A DNA stretch of 64,000 bases, taken from the NCBI GenBank assembly GCA_050261115.1, contig JBLNCY010000010.1, positions 1 through 64,000 of the forward strand, given 5' to 3'. Within the stretch, counting starts at the first letter, position 1, and every line of letters starts with the position of its first letter. Positions 1 to 9,025 of this stretch are shown piece after piece. A program made the position numbers and the translations under genes. Source of the DNA: Methanocella sp. GTDB taxonomy: Archaea; Thermoproteota; Bathyarchaeia; Bathyarchaeales; Bathycorpusculaceae. Under the pieces are notes generated by a model. The model worked only from the letters and a program-made list of their open reading frames with translations. It searched no databases and was not told where the DNA came from.

Positions 1-77
1 GCGGGCCCGGTGGGATTTGAACCCACGATCTCCGGCTCCGAAGGCCGACACCTTAATCCGTGCTAGGCTACGACCCA
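1..77 (-). tRNA. tRNA-Arg(TCG) with imperfect acceptor stem (possible pseudo-tRNA); 3' end at window edge
   Basis: Reverse complement folds as a cloverleaf: D arm GCCT/AGGT, anticodon arm TCGGC-CTTCGGA-GCCGG, T arm GTGGG-TTCAAAT-CCCAC. Acceptor strands TGGGTCG/CGGGCCC have two mismatches. Confidence 0.85.
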
Positions 78-400
78 CGTCCATGCTTTCCAGATGGAAT
101 ACGTACACTTACCGTTTTCTAACTGATAGCCTGTTTTTGCTTGGAACAATGGTACTAAGGCTTATTGCTACCAATAGGCGTTTTTCTTTATTTTTAATTA
201 ACAAGAAGTGCATTTTTACGTTGGAAAAAAGTCATCCTCTTGACAAGTATCAGGTGATCGCCTTAAATATAAAAAAGTTTAACCTTTTTAATATCATAAC
301 GTTTTAGCATATAATACAAAACAACAACTTAACACCCGGCGACTCTACGCTAAATAACTAATTACTTAAAAAAGAAAGGGAGCACACATTCCGCGTCTCA

Positions 401-2608
401 TCAGGCACCGATTTGGGCTGAAACAATCTCTGTGGATTCAGATAGTTCCTTCGCTAAGTTATTGAAGGCGTCCTGAATCCTTATCATCAACGCTGGATCA
501 TCTACAGTTCTTAATCCAACGTATTTTCTCTTGTTATACTTGCCATCATAGGCTAAAACGTCTCTTACAGAATAGTTCTTCTCGTAGAGATGCTTGATTA
601 TTTGGCATTCTTTATCTTTTTGGTCAATTGATTGAACCGAGTAGAGTATTGCGCATGCAGCGCCGAATTCTAAACCCTTAGTACTTAAGCCATGCTTCTG
701 CACAAGCTGTATCGCACCCATTATCCGTTCGCCGCTTTGAAGCTTCCTAAGAGGGTCTCTTCCCACACGGACACAGTCATCTTTAAAGGAGGCACGGCAG
801 CGAATCAGGAAATCCATTGCAGTAGCGTTTATGTACTGCCTGCATTCAGGGTTCTCTTTGAGCAACGCTGGTTTTATTTCGTTGGCGATTATGCTTTCAG
901 CCAGTTTTAGCACTCTTCGATCACCCATGCCTTGCCCGATGGTTTTGTACCCTAATAGCGCAGAGTACCAGCCGATTATTGCATGCGTACCATTTGAAAG
1001 CTTGTTTTTTATCTCCTGCATAGCTGTTATGTCCTCGACGGTTACCACTTGCCGCAGGTGATCAAGCAGGGGGCTGCCTTTCTCGGCGTACAGAGGCATA
1101 TCCGGTTCACTACTAAACAAAGTAACATTGATTTTCGATATTTCATTAGCAAACTGTGACATGCACAGAATATCGTTGGCCACAGTGATCGCTTGGTCAA
1201 GCGTCTGGTTTACATCGGCTTGTTTTTCGCGGCGTTTGGTGTTTTGAGTTGTGTAGGCTTCGAAAGCTTTGGTGAATTCCCGGAATTTGCCTGAGAAATC
1301 AGAGATTGTTTTGTGCATACTTGACAACTTGATTTGAAGTCTTGAAAGAACTACTTCTTCAGGCAGTCGGGATACCATTCGGTTAACTACTGTGCCGCTG
1401 AAATGGGTGTTTTCAAGTATACGTTGAGCTTTTTCTTCGCCTGCAAGCTGTATAAGAGCCTTTTTAACGTGCTTTTTAACGTAGCCAGCGGCGTTTATCT
1501 TATTCATAACGATCAGTATCGTTAGGCTTTTCCCGGTGCGATCGTAACGTTGCAAAAGACCTTTGGCAATAATGGGCGCCTGCGTTCTTATCGCCTGCTC
1601 GGGAAGAGATAACCCCACAATCTGGGCTCTACTGTACATCTGGATTACCTGCGGTTCATCCTCCATGCTAATCAACTTTATGTTAGCGATCGTCTGGAAA
1701 AACGCAAGCCGCTCATATCCCACCTGATACTTGCCAAGCGTGTTCACTATTAGTCGTATGTGGTTGTTGCTTGTAACTCCGATGATCTGTTTAGGCCTCG
1801 TGTATCCATCCCAGTGAGAGAAAACCTGCGCGAGGTAGCCGCCGCCCATAGCTCCGAAGCCATGTATACCCGCAACCATGTAGCCGATGCTTTGCGGGAA
1901 ATGCTCATTTAAGCGCGGCATGGGCATTTTGGGCATCTGTTGAATCAGTTCCTCAAGAAAATCAGTTAACTTCGCGTACGCGCGGAACGCTAACGCTTTC
2001 ACTTCCGGGTCGGGTTCTTTAAGGTCTTTGATGAAAATAGGTAACCCGCCTGCTGCGCTGGCTGCTAGTAACCCGTTTTGTGAGTCCTCAAAAATGAGGC
2101 ATTTAGCCGGTTCACAGTTCAGCTCGCTTGCGGCTTTCAAAAAGATTTCAGGGTCAGGTTTTCCCTTTTCAACTTCGTCGCCGCATACGATTATGTCGAA
2201 GAATCGAAGTATACGGGCATTTATCATGTACTCCTCTGCTATCTCGCGTCTAGTAGACGTTGCAAGAGCTATTAGTAAACCGTTCTTTTTTAGGCGCTCA
2301 AGCAGATTGTAGATGCCTTCTTTTACGGGGACACCTTTTTCCCGTATGTGCTGCCGTTCAAGCTCGTCTGCGCGGGCCCTGATTTGTTTGTAGGGGTAAT
2401 GGTCGCCGTATCGCTGCTTAGCCAGCTTTTCTGCTGTTACGGCGCTTATTCCAAGTGAATCGTAGAGGGTCTGGTCAGATATGGCTTTGCCGTATATCTC
2501 TTTAGATGCCTGTTTGAGCATTTCAATGCGCAGTTTCTCTGTATCGAAAAGGGTGCCGTCCATATCAAAAATGGCGCCCTCTACGGAAATTTTTTGAAAA
2601 ATCATCAT
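401..2608 (-). CDS. mtlD: Bifunctional HAD phosphatase / mannitol-1-phosphate dehydrogenase (Acinetobacter MtlD type)
   Basis: N-terminal HAD motifs FDMDGT, KPDP and FEDS. Rossmann region GIHGFGAMGGGYLAQVFSHWDGYTRP. C-terminal KNKLSNGTH and RVGRDPLRKL motifs of long-chain M1P dehydrogenases. Confidence 0.85.
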   Translation of the reverse strand: MMIFQKISVEGAIFDMDGTLFDTEKLRIEMLKQASKEIYGKAISDQTLYDSLGISAVTAEKLAKQRYGDHYPYKQIRARADELERQHIREKGVPVKEGIYNLLERLKKNGLLIALATSTRREIAEEYMINARILRFFDIIVCGDEVEKGKPDPEIFLKAASELNCEPAKCLIFEDSQNGLLAASAAGGLPIFIKDLKEPDPEVKALAFRAYAKLTDFLEELIQQMPKMPMPRLNEHFPQSIGYMVAGIHGFGAMGGGYLAQVFSHWDGYTRPKQIIGVTSNNHIRLIVNTLGKYQVGYERLAFFQTIANIKLISMEDEPQVIQMYSRAQIVGLSLPEQAIRTQAPIIAKGLLQRYDRTGKSLTILIVMNKINAAGYVKKHVKKALIQLAGEEKAQRILENTHFSGTVVNRMVSRLPEEVVLSRLQIKLSSMHKTISDFSGKFREFTKAFEAYTTQNTKRREKQADVNQTLDQAITVANDILCMSQFANEISKINVTLFSSEPDMPLYAEKGSPLLDHLRQVVTVEDITAMQEIKNKLSNGTHAIIGWYSALLGYKTIGQGMGDRRVLKLAESIIANEIKPALLKENPECRQYINATAMDFLIRCRASFKDDCVRVGRDPLRKLQSGERIMGAIQLVQKHGLSTKGLEFGAACAILYSVQSIDQKDKECQIIKHLYEKNYSVRDVLAYDGKYNKRKYVGLRTVDDPALMIRIQDAFNNLAKELSESTEIVSAQIGA

Positions 2609-2768
2609 CTCTTTTTCCTCTACTGACTTTTCGGGTACTATGGCTGGATTTTATTTAAGTGTTTTTAAATAGCATAATATACAATGGTTTTTCAGCTTGT
2701 TTCTTAACACAGCTTTTTCCTATAGTAAACAATTATACAGTGTGCAATCGGGCGGGGGAAAGAGGCGC

Positions 2769-3005
2769 CTCAGTAAGAAGCGAATAGCCCTGTTGCCAGA
2801 GTCATAGCCGTATTGTGATTTCCGCCTGTCTGGTGGCGCCAACTACACTGCAAACGATAATAAAACAACAACTTTCTTCTTCGGCGTCGAAGTGGCTTAC
2901 GGCGACTACAACGGCTTAAATTCCATAGTGACTGAAGTCAAAAATTATACCAACTTGGTCGTGTACCCTGCATTTGAATGGTGCCATCTATTCCTCCTGG
3001 GATAG
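2769..3005 (+). pseudogene. Frameshifted 5' fragment of a secreted/membrane-anchored protein gene
   Basis: Signal-like LSKKRIALL/VISACLVA spread over several frames, then FFFGVEVAYGDYNGLNSIVTEVKNYTNLVV ending at an early TAG. Confidence 0.5.
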
Positions 3006-3026
3006 CAGAAAAGTCATAAATGTAGT

Positions 3027-3275
3027 CTATGGTACCTGTATAGATTTGTATTGTGAAGGCCATTTTAAGCCTAAAATGGGATCGTTAAAGACTGGCTTAA
3101 AATATGGCATTTTTTCTTTTCCGGAATAGGTAAAGTCCTCGTTCAGCTTGTATGTTTTATCGCCGACTGTAATTTCATAGGTAAGAAAAACTTTATCCAA
3201 AGTAATTATAAGTTGATTAGCATTTTCTGTCGATGGAATATACGCGTGTGGTGAGTCTATTAAGTTCGGAACCAA
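3027..3275 (-). pseudogene. Gene fragment, unknown product
   Basis: 82-aa protein-like ORF without a convincing start, inverted between two + strand fragments. Confidence 0.3.
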
Positions 3276-3363
3276 TCAGGTAGCTTCCTTGTCTATAGCT
3301 ATCCTCGTTGCGATCATTGTTGCCACCGTAATCATCGTTTTAACTATAAAAAAGCGACTATAA
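3268..3363 (+). pseudogene. Orphan C-terminal membrane anchor of a surface protein
   Basis: Frame reads GTNQVASLSIAILVAIIVATVIIVLTIKKRL*, followed by a T-tract. No start codon. Confidence 0.45.
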
Positions 3364-3546
3364 AACCAGAAACATAGGGATCCTTCCCATACCTTTTTTT
3401 ATTTACTCAAGTCGGCGGCAGCTTCTTACCTTCATAAGCTGGCAACTTTGTACGGGAAAAAAGTGCAAGGTTTCTTTTTCGTGGGCGTAGTGGAACAGTC
3501 ACAAAGGCTTATTCGTAACTGGTCGACCACTTAGCCTTGTGGCTGT

Positions 3547-3720
3547 ATGTCTGAACCCGATTATCCGTACCCAAAAAAGAAGAACGAGCCAACCGAAGCG
3601 CCTGAAAAGAAAGCTCCTGCTGGAACACCGCCACTCATTCCCACAACCCCTGATGTGCCACCAGGGCTTCCGCAGAACCTACCTCCAGCACAAACCAAGC
3701 GTAAAGGTCATAAAACTTAA
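3547..3720 (+). CDS. Small proline-rich protein (57 aa), not in ORF track
   Basis: ATG..TAA: MSEPDYPYPKKKNEPTEAPEKKAPAGTPPLIPTTPDVPPGLPQNLPPAQTKRKGHKT. TATA-like CTTATT upstream. Confidence 0.55.
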   Translation: MSEPDYPYPKKKNEPTEAPEKKAPAGTPPLIPTTPDVPPGLPQNLPPAQTKRKGHKT

Positions 3721-3735
3721 CTGTGTCTTTGTGTG

Positions 3736-4014
3736 TTAGTCCTTTACTGCGTATAGAACTTCAAATGTTTCTGGGCCTGTTTGCTTCACGCTCTTTATGT
3801 CGATTGCAAAGTCGTTGTCGAGTCGTTTGAGTTCATATATGAAATCTTCAAAGTATGCTTCCTGGCCGCAGGTGTAGCAGAAGCTTCCCGAGAACTCCAC
3901 CGTTATCTCATTATTCATAAAAGAGATTAGTCTTGCTTTGGCTTCAGGGCTTCGATAGCGGTTGTATTCTGAAATCGCCTTTTGAACTGTGTCGGGGTTT
4001 TGATTTTTACTCAT
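3736..4014 (-). CDS. Archaeal hypothetical protein with CxxC (FSGSFCYTCG)
   Basis: 92 aa; starts 2 bp after the cupin stop. Confidence 0.75.
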   Translation of the reverse strand: MSKNQNPDTVQKAISEYNRYRSPEAKARLISFMNNEITVEFSGSFCYTCGQEAYFEDFIYELKRLDNDFAIDIKSVKQTGPETFEVLYAVKD

Positions 4015-4016
4015 AA

Positions 4017-4415
4017 CTATTCAGTTGTTTTGCCGTCAAAGTGCTCTTCTTTCTCGAGGGCTTCTTGTTTTGTATGCCTGATTGTTTGGTCTTGGTGTTC
4101 AGGCGGCGAATATATCGTGTAGAGCTTTAACGCAGACTCCCTAGACGTGTTTATTACGTTGTGTTTGGCGCCTGCGGGAACTATGACTGCGCTTCCATCC
4201 CCAACTGTATGCTCGACGCCGTCAATTACTACTTTACCTTCGCCCTCTTCAAACCTAAAGAACTGGTCAACATCATCATGTGTTTCCTCACCGATTTCTT
4301 CTCCCGCTTTCAGTGACATTAGAACTAACTGGCTGTATTTTCCGGTGTAGAGGACTCGCCTGAAATCGGTGTTGTTCACAGTTTCCTTTTCTATATCTGC
4401 TATGAATCCATTCAA
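4017..4415 (-). CDS. Cupin domain protein
   Basis: GEEIGEETHDDVDQFF and VIVPAGAKHNVIN cupin motifs. GGTGG SD, TTG start. Confidence 0.9.
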   Translation of the reverse strand: MNGFIADIEKETVNNTDFRRVLYTGKYSQLVLMSLKAGEEIGEETHDDVDQFFRFEEGEGKVVIDGVEHTVGDGSAVIVPAGAKHNVINTSRESALKLYTIYSPPEHQDQTIRHTKQEALEKEEHFDGKTTE

Positions 4416-4587
4416 AATTAACCACCGATTTTAGGTAAGGAGGTTTGTCTATTTAATTATTCTTATAACGCGAGAAAATGGATAGCGCCATGTAGACTCT
4501 CGATGGAGTCGGCGAACCCTTGCAAATGCCGGCGCCTGACTGCATAAGGTGGCTCACACCGTCTACTGTCAAGTTGTTGCTAACTAT

Positions 4588-4627
4588 GGTTCAACCCAAG
4601 GTGGCTCTATTATAAGGGTAGGGGTCT
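4588..4627 (+). repeat. Dispersed ~40-bp element, copy 1 (degenerate)
   Basis: GGTTCAACCCAAGGTGGCTCTATTATAAGGGTAGGGGTCT; aligns with copies at 20468, 51802 and 62283. Confidence 0.75.
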
Positions 4628-4631
4628 ATCC

Positions 4632-5387
4632 TCAGAGCAACATAGACGACTCAACACTAGCATCAGGCGCCTCTAGCAGTTTCTTAAGAGTCAAACAATT
4701 CCTTGGTGGTGCGTTGGCGTTGTAGTCGTTGTTGAAATAGCATAGGACTTTTTTGGCGTGGGCTGCCTTGATTTGCTTGGCCCATGCGTTTAGTTCGCTG
4801 TCGGGGTAGTTGTGTTTGTACCAGCCGTTTTTCCCATGAAGCCTCAAATAAACTGCTTCGCCCGATTTGATTAGGTCAGCAGGGAGCCCAGACGCCGATA
4901 CACTGCAGAAAACCAACCCGCGCCGCTCAAGGAAACAATAAACTTCGCTGTCCCACCAGCTGCTATGCCTAAACTCCAACACATTCATCACCGACGAGTC
5001 AAGTTGGCTGGCTATGGTTTCCAGCAGCACCATATCCTTGTGCAGCATGGGAGGCAGTTGGAAGAGGACGCTGAGGAGTTTTTCTTTGAGGAGTTTGGCG
5101 AGTTTGTACATGTTGGCGGTGTACTGCTGAGTGTTGTGGAACTTGTGGAGGTGGGTTATGATGCGGTTGGCTTTTAGGGTGAAAGTAAAGTTCTGAGGTG
5201 TCTTGTTATACCAGCCCAAAAGAAGCTCTGGGCGAGGATACCGATAAAACGTGCTATTAACTTCCAAGGAGCTGAAGAACTGAGTGTAATAGTTTAGCCA
5301 CTTACTCTTGGCGAGGTCTTCGGGATAAAATTTACCTCTCCAGTGATTATAGTAGAAGCCTGAGCAACCAAAAAAGTACGCAGTCAA
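4632..5387 (-). CDS. DUF72 family protein
   Basis: GCSGFYYNHWRGKFYP, EVNSTFY, LFQLPP, EFRHSSW, YLRLHG and YFNND motifs. Confidence 0.9.
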   Translation of the reverse strand: MTAYFFGCSGFYYNHWRGKFYPEDLAKSKWLNYYTQFFSSLEVNSTFYRYPRPELLLGWYNKTPQNFTFTLKANRIITHLHKFHNTQQYTANMYKLAKLLKEKLLSVLFQLPPMLHKDMVLLETIASQLDSSVMNVLEFRHSSWWDSEVYCFLERRGLVFCSVSASGLPADLIKSGEAVYLRLHGKNGWYKHNYPDSELNAWAKQIKAAHAKKVLCYFNNDYNANAPPRNCLTLKKLLEAPDASVESSMLL

Positions 5388-6170
5388 CTAGATCAACTGC
5401 AGATGAGCCCTTATACGCATCTCAATCACATCCACCCGCTTAGGTCGCGTGAGGACGTAGTGTATGGCGTCGGCGATGTCTTCGGCCTTAAGCTGCCTAA
5501 GCTGCGCCTGTTTTCGTCGCTGCTGCTCAGGCGATAGCCCATTCATGTCAGTGCCCACCTCGCCCGGTTCAATCAAGGTGACCCTGATGCCTAGCTGGTT
5601 GACTTCTTTTCGGAGCGCCGCAGAGAATCCCTCCACCCCCGACTTAGTAGCCACATACACGGAGCTGCCAGCTTCACGGGTTACGGCGCTCATGGAACCC
5701 ACGATTACAATGTGGCCTTGACCTTTTTGCTTCATGCGTGCAACCGCTTCATGTGCCACTTGCATGTAGCCTAGCAGGTTTGTTTTAACGATGTATTCTT
5801 GCTCCTCAAGCGATGTTTCCGCAACTGCGTCGGCGCCCAATGCAGCGTTGTTGATTAAGATGTCGACGCCGCCTAGTTGTTGGTCTGCGATTTGGAAGAC
5901 CCTCTCGATGTCTTGCTGTTTTGAGGTGTCGGCGGTTAATCCGATGGCGCTGCCCACTTTTCGTATGTCTGCTAATGCGTCGTTTAGTTCGGTTTGACCT
6001 CTGCCAAAGACCAAAAGCCTTGCCCCCTTGGAGGCTAACAGTATTGCTGTGGCACGTCCTATGCCTGTGGTTCCACCCGTTACCATGACGGCTTTGCCCT
6101 CCAGCCGCGTTTCCTCGGTTTCTCGGCTCTGCGGCGTTGTTAGACTGAGTGAACTTGACAAACACTTCAC
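5388..6170 (-). CDS. Short-chain dehydrogenase/reductase
   Basis: TGGTTGIG, NNA and YVATK motifs. True start probably TTG at ~6161 after AGGTGA. Confidence 0.92.
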   Translation of the reverse strand: MKCLSSSLSLTTPQSRETEETRLEGKAVMVTGGTTGIGRATAILLASKGARLLVFGRGQTELNDALADIRKVGSAIGLTADTSKQQDIERVFQIADQQLGGVDILINNAALGADAVAETSLEEQEYIVKTNLLGYMQVAHEAVARMKQKGQGHIVIVGSMSAVTREAGSSVYVATKSGVEGFSAALRKEVNQLGIRVTLIEPGEVGTDMNGLSPEQQRRKQAQLRQLKAEDIADAIHYVLTRPKRVDVIEMRIRAHLQLI

Positions 6171-6332
6171 CTAAACGCTATGGGTTTAGGGCGGGGCTCG
6201 TTTAATATCGATTTGTGGCAACGACGCTACAGCAACATTTCACTTTTACCCACCCCTCCCCGACATGGGCGTGTTGCTTGGGCAGCCGCCTTAAAAGCAA
6301 ACCACACTTAACTTAGCCTCCGATGAACAGGT

Positions 6333-6536
6333 ATGACCCAAACTGAAGCTATAGTTGAAGAAGATTTGCTGGTATCTTTGACGTTCCACAATTTTTCAGC
6401 TGATATGCTAAAAGAATTCGCCCAAAAAATCGTCCGACCCTACTTTAGGGGCAACATGAACAAGGCCATTCGGTGCTTAATGGAGAAAGCCATAGCCGAA
6501 GAAACCCTACTCCAACACGCCACTAAACGCACCTGA
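6333..6536 (+). CDS. Small ribbon-helix-helix-like protein
   Basis: 67 aa with beta-strand/helix/helix pattern (NMNKAIRCLMEKAI). TATA-like CTTAAAA upstream. Confidence 0.6.
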   Translation: MTQTEAIVEEDLLVSLTFHNFSADMLKEFAQKIVRPYFRGNMNKAIRCLMEKAIAEETLLQHATKRT

Positions 6537-6605
6537 CCTGATGTTATCTGCGTTTTGGGTGTAATATCTATATTGTATGTTGATGCCTTATCTTTCTGAT
6601 TTAAC

Positions 6606-7595
6606 TTGGCTGGCCTCCTCGATCCCCTAACAGTCAAAGACATAGCGTTGCGTAATCGGATAGTGATGCCTCCGATGCAGTCGGGCCGCGCCTCTTTCCA
6701 GGGCGAAGTTACCACACGCCTAATCAACTTTTATGTTCGGCGTTCGGCTGCGGTAGGGTTACCCATCGTTGAGCACGCGTATGTTTCGCCTCTGGGTAAG
6801 ATTGGCCCCAAACAACTGGGAATCTTTGATGACTCCCTTGTGTGTGGTTTTGAGAGGCTTGCGTCAGCTATTCACTCGGTCGGTGCACCCGCAATCGTGC
6901 AAATTAGCCATGCGGGAGCTGTGGCGACCAAGAAGGTAATCGGGGAGATGCCTGTTGGTCCTTCGCCGCGTGAGAAGTCCCGGATGCTTGAAAAAGAGGA
7001 GCTCATGCAACTGATTGAGGATTTTGCTGCGGCAACTGAACGGGCTGTGAAGGCTGGCTTTGATGGTGTGGAGCTTCATGGCGCCCATGGCTATTTGCTT
7101 AATCAGTTTTTTACGCCGCTGCTTAACAAGCGTACGGACGAGTTTGGGGGTTCATTGGAGAACCGCATGCGTTTCCCATTGATGGTTACCGAGCGGGTGC
7201 GTCGGTGTCTTGGTGGGGATCGGTTGTTGCTTTATCGGCTGGGTGCGGATGACTTGGCGCCTATGGGTGCTCATGTTGAGGATGCGGTTGTTTTTGCGTT
7301 AAGGCTGCAGGCGGCTGGCGTGGATGTACTTGATGTTTCTGGCGGCATGTGTGGGGCTTACCCTAAGCAGCTTGCAGGGATAAGTGGCTATTTTGTTCCT
7401 CAGGCGTATGCTGTTAAGCAGGCGGTTAGGGTGCCGGTTATCGGTGTCGGTGGAATCAAAGATCCCCAATATGCGGATCGGCTGGTGGCTGAGGGGAAGG
7501 TCGATTTGGTGGCAGTTGGCCGCGCTTTGTTACATAATAATCTCTGGGCTCACAAAGCCATCGAAGCCCTAGCCCCCGGCGGGTGTCGTTGCTGA
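6606..7595 (+). CDS. NADH:flavin oxidoreductase (Old Yellow Enzyme family)
   Basis: RNRIVMPPM, GFDGVELHGAHGYLLNQF and NKRTDEFGGSLENR. Confidence 0.95.
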   Translation: MAGLLDPLTVKDIALRNRIVMPPMQSGRASFQGEVTTRLINFYVRRSAAVGLPIVEHAYVSPLGKIGPKQLGIFDDSLVCGFERLASAIHSVGAPAIVQISHAGAVATKKVIGEMPVGPSPREKSRMLEKEELMQLIEDFAAATERAVKAGFDGVELHGAHGYLLNQFFTPLLNKRTDEFGGSLENRMRFPLMVTERVRRCLGGDRLLLYRLGADDLAPMGAHVEDAVVFALRLQAAGVDVLDVSGGMCGAYPKQLAGISGYFVPQAYAVKQAVRVPVIGVGGIKDPQYADRLVAEGKVDLVAVGRALLHNNLWAHKAIEALAPGGCRC

Positions 7596-7655
7596 AACCT
7601 ACACGCACATCATTATAGGATTTCCCTGCCGTATCTGCTTCTGTCAGGTGAAAAC

Positions 7656-7799
7656 TTGCCTAACCAGAAACTTTCAAAACTAGAGCTCTACATCGAAATC
7701 CTAAGCTCACTAGAGAAGCTAGGCAGACCAGACCTCATAACTATCCAGCGGCAGACAAAAATCGAACAGGCAATCCCTGTAAGGACGGGTTCTCTCTGA
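7656..7799 (+). pseudogene. Truncated winged-helix regulator (47 aa)
   Basis: AGGTGA SD and TTG start. MPNQKLSKLELYIEILSSL resembles the N-terminus of the wHTH at 51142 (RGKLDIVAEIL), but stops before the recognition helix and wing. Confidence 0.5.
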
Positions 7800-7832
7800 A
7801 ATCCAACAATTATCAGTAAAAAGGGAAAAAGC

Positions 7833-8336
7833 CTATACTATGTATCTGTCTGTTTTTTCGAAGTCGCGTACAATCTCCAGGCCACGTTTCTGAGTGGGCA
7901 CTGGCAGTGTGGGCAGGTCTTTTAGCAGCGTCCAGGGGGATTTGCGGGCAAGCACTGTTGCGATGTGTGTCTCGCCGAAACAGCGCTTAGCCACCTCTAC
8001 CACTTCCTGTCGTACGCCGATTTCTGACATTTGGCCTAACGCGTGGAGGTATTCGTGTAGTAGCAAGTTGTAGATTAGGGCGTTAACGGTGGGTCTATCG
8101 GCTACTTTTGCTTCTACAACATCAACAAGCGCCCGATTGAGAACAATGTTGTTGGTGCCAACTGGGTAATATGCGCCTAACCCAAGCGGCAAATCATCCA
8201 GAAACAGCATCATACGGTTACGTCGCTTGCCTAGCGCGTATTCTGCCGTTCGCTGAACAATCACCCAGACCTCGGCATAGCTGCGTGCCTTATCTAATTC
8301 AGCGCCAAATTGGGTGCTACTATAATTGATGCTCAA
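7833..8336 (-). CDS. Zincin-like metallopeptidase domain protein
   Basis: LLHEYLHALG HExxH motif; LGAYY strand. Confidence 0.75.
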   Translation of the reverse strand: MSINYSSTQFGAELDKARSYAEVWVIVQRTAEYALGKRRNRMMLFLDDLPLGLGAYYPVGTNNIVLNRALVDVVEAKVADRPTVNALIYNLLLHEYLHALGQMSEIGVRQEVVEVAKRCFGETHIATVLARKSPWTLLKDLPTLPVPTQKRGLEIVRDFEKTDRYIV

Positions 8337-8467
8337 AATTCTCTCCCTTCCGAATAATCCACAATGCGTAATTTCATACCTTTAAAGATTGCACTCATGG
8401 ATTAACGATTTAATCGTAAAATTGATAAAGCGCTATGTATTCTCAGATAGCGATAAGGTGAAAAAAA

Positions 8468-8884
8468 ATGGCAAACACCACAGTAAAAGACATCATGCAA
8501 AAAGACGTTAAAACAGCAGAAAACAACACAGTCCTAAAAGACGTAATCGGTTTAATGACTAAATACGACAAAGACTCAGTCATCGTTATCCAGAGCGGCA
8601 AACCAACCGGTATCATCACCGTCAAAGACTTGATTGTTCGCGCTATGGAAGCTGAAGTACCAATCAGAACAATCATCGCAAGAATGGTCTACACTAACCC
8701 ATTAGTCACAATCGATGAGAACGCAAGCCTCAAAGAAGCAGCCGAACTCATGAAGCACTGGAATATTAAGCACCTGCCAGTAGTTGACAAGAACGGCGCA
8801 CTCGTCGGTCTGGTCGATGCAGTACAGCTCATCTTTGCTGACCCCAAACTAATGTCAACCTTAGATTATATCTGCCGAAAGTAA
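8468..8884 (+). CDS. CBS domain pair protein
   Basis: VKDIM, GIIT and IKHLPVVD..LVGLV; AGGTGA SD. Confidence 0.92.
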   Translation: MANTTVKDIMQKDVKTAENNTVLKDVIGLMTKYDKDSVIVIQSGKPTGIITVKDLIVRAMEAEVPIRTIIARMVYTNPLVTIDENASLKEAAELMKHWNIKHLPVVDKNGALVGLVDAVQLIFADPKLMSTLDYICRK

Positions 8885-9025
8885 TTTCGGCCAACAACTT
8901 TATTTTTTAAAAATCAACCTCAACCTCTAGCGGACCCATTTTATTGGCAAGATAGCGCCCAACCGAGTCTCTACAATAGAGATATAAACGCCGAAAAAGA
9001 TGGTTTAAACTGCAGTGACACCGTA

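Noticed and set aside
17-307. 96-aa ORF on + strand
   Set aside because: Antisense to the tRNA and runs through AT-rich intergenic DNA; not protein-like.
4500-4545. GATGGAGT resembling the fluoride riboswitch 5' motif
   Set aside because: The 3' pseudoknot partner (TGACTYCTAC) is absent and there is no suitable downstream gene on that strand.
5385-5390. SDR TAG directly followed in frame by the DUF72 TTG (possible readthrough fusion)
   Set aside because: Both proteins are complete at normal length, and the same abutting arrangement occurs with TAA-ATG at fwdB-fwdA.
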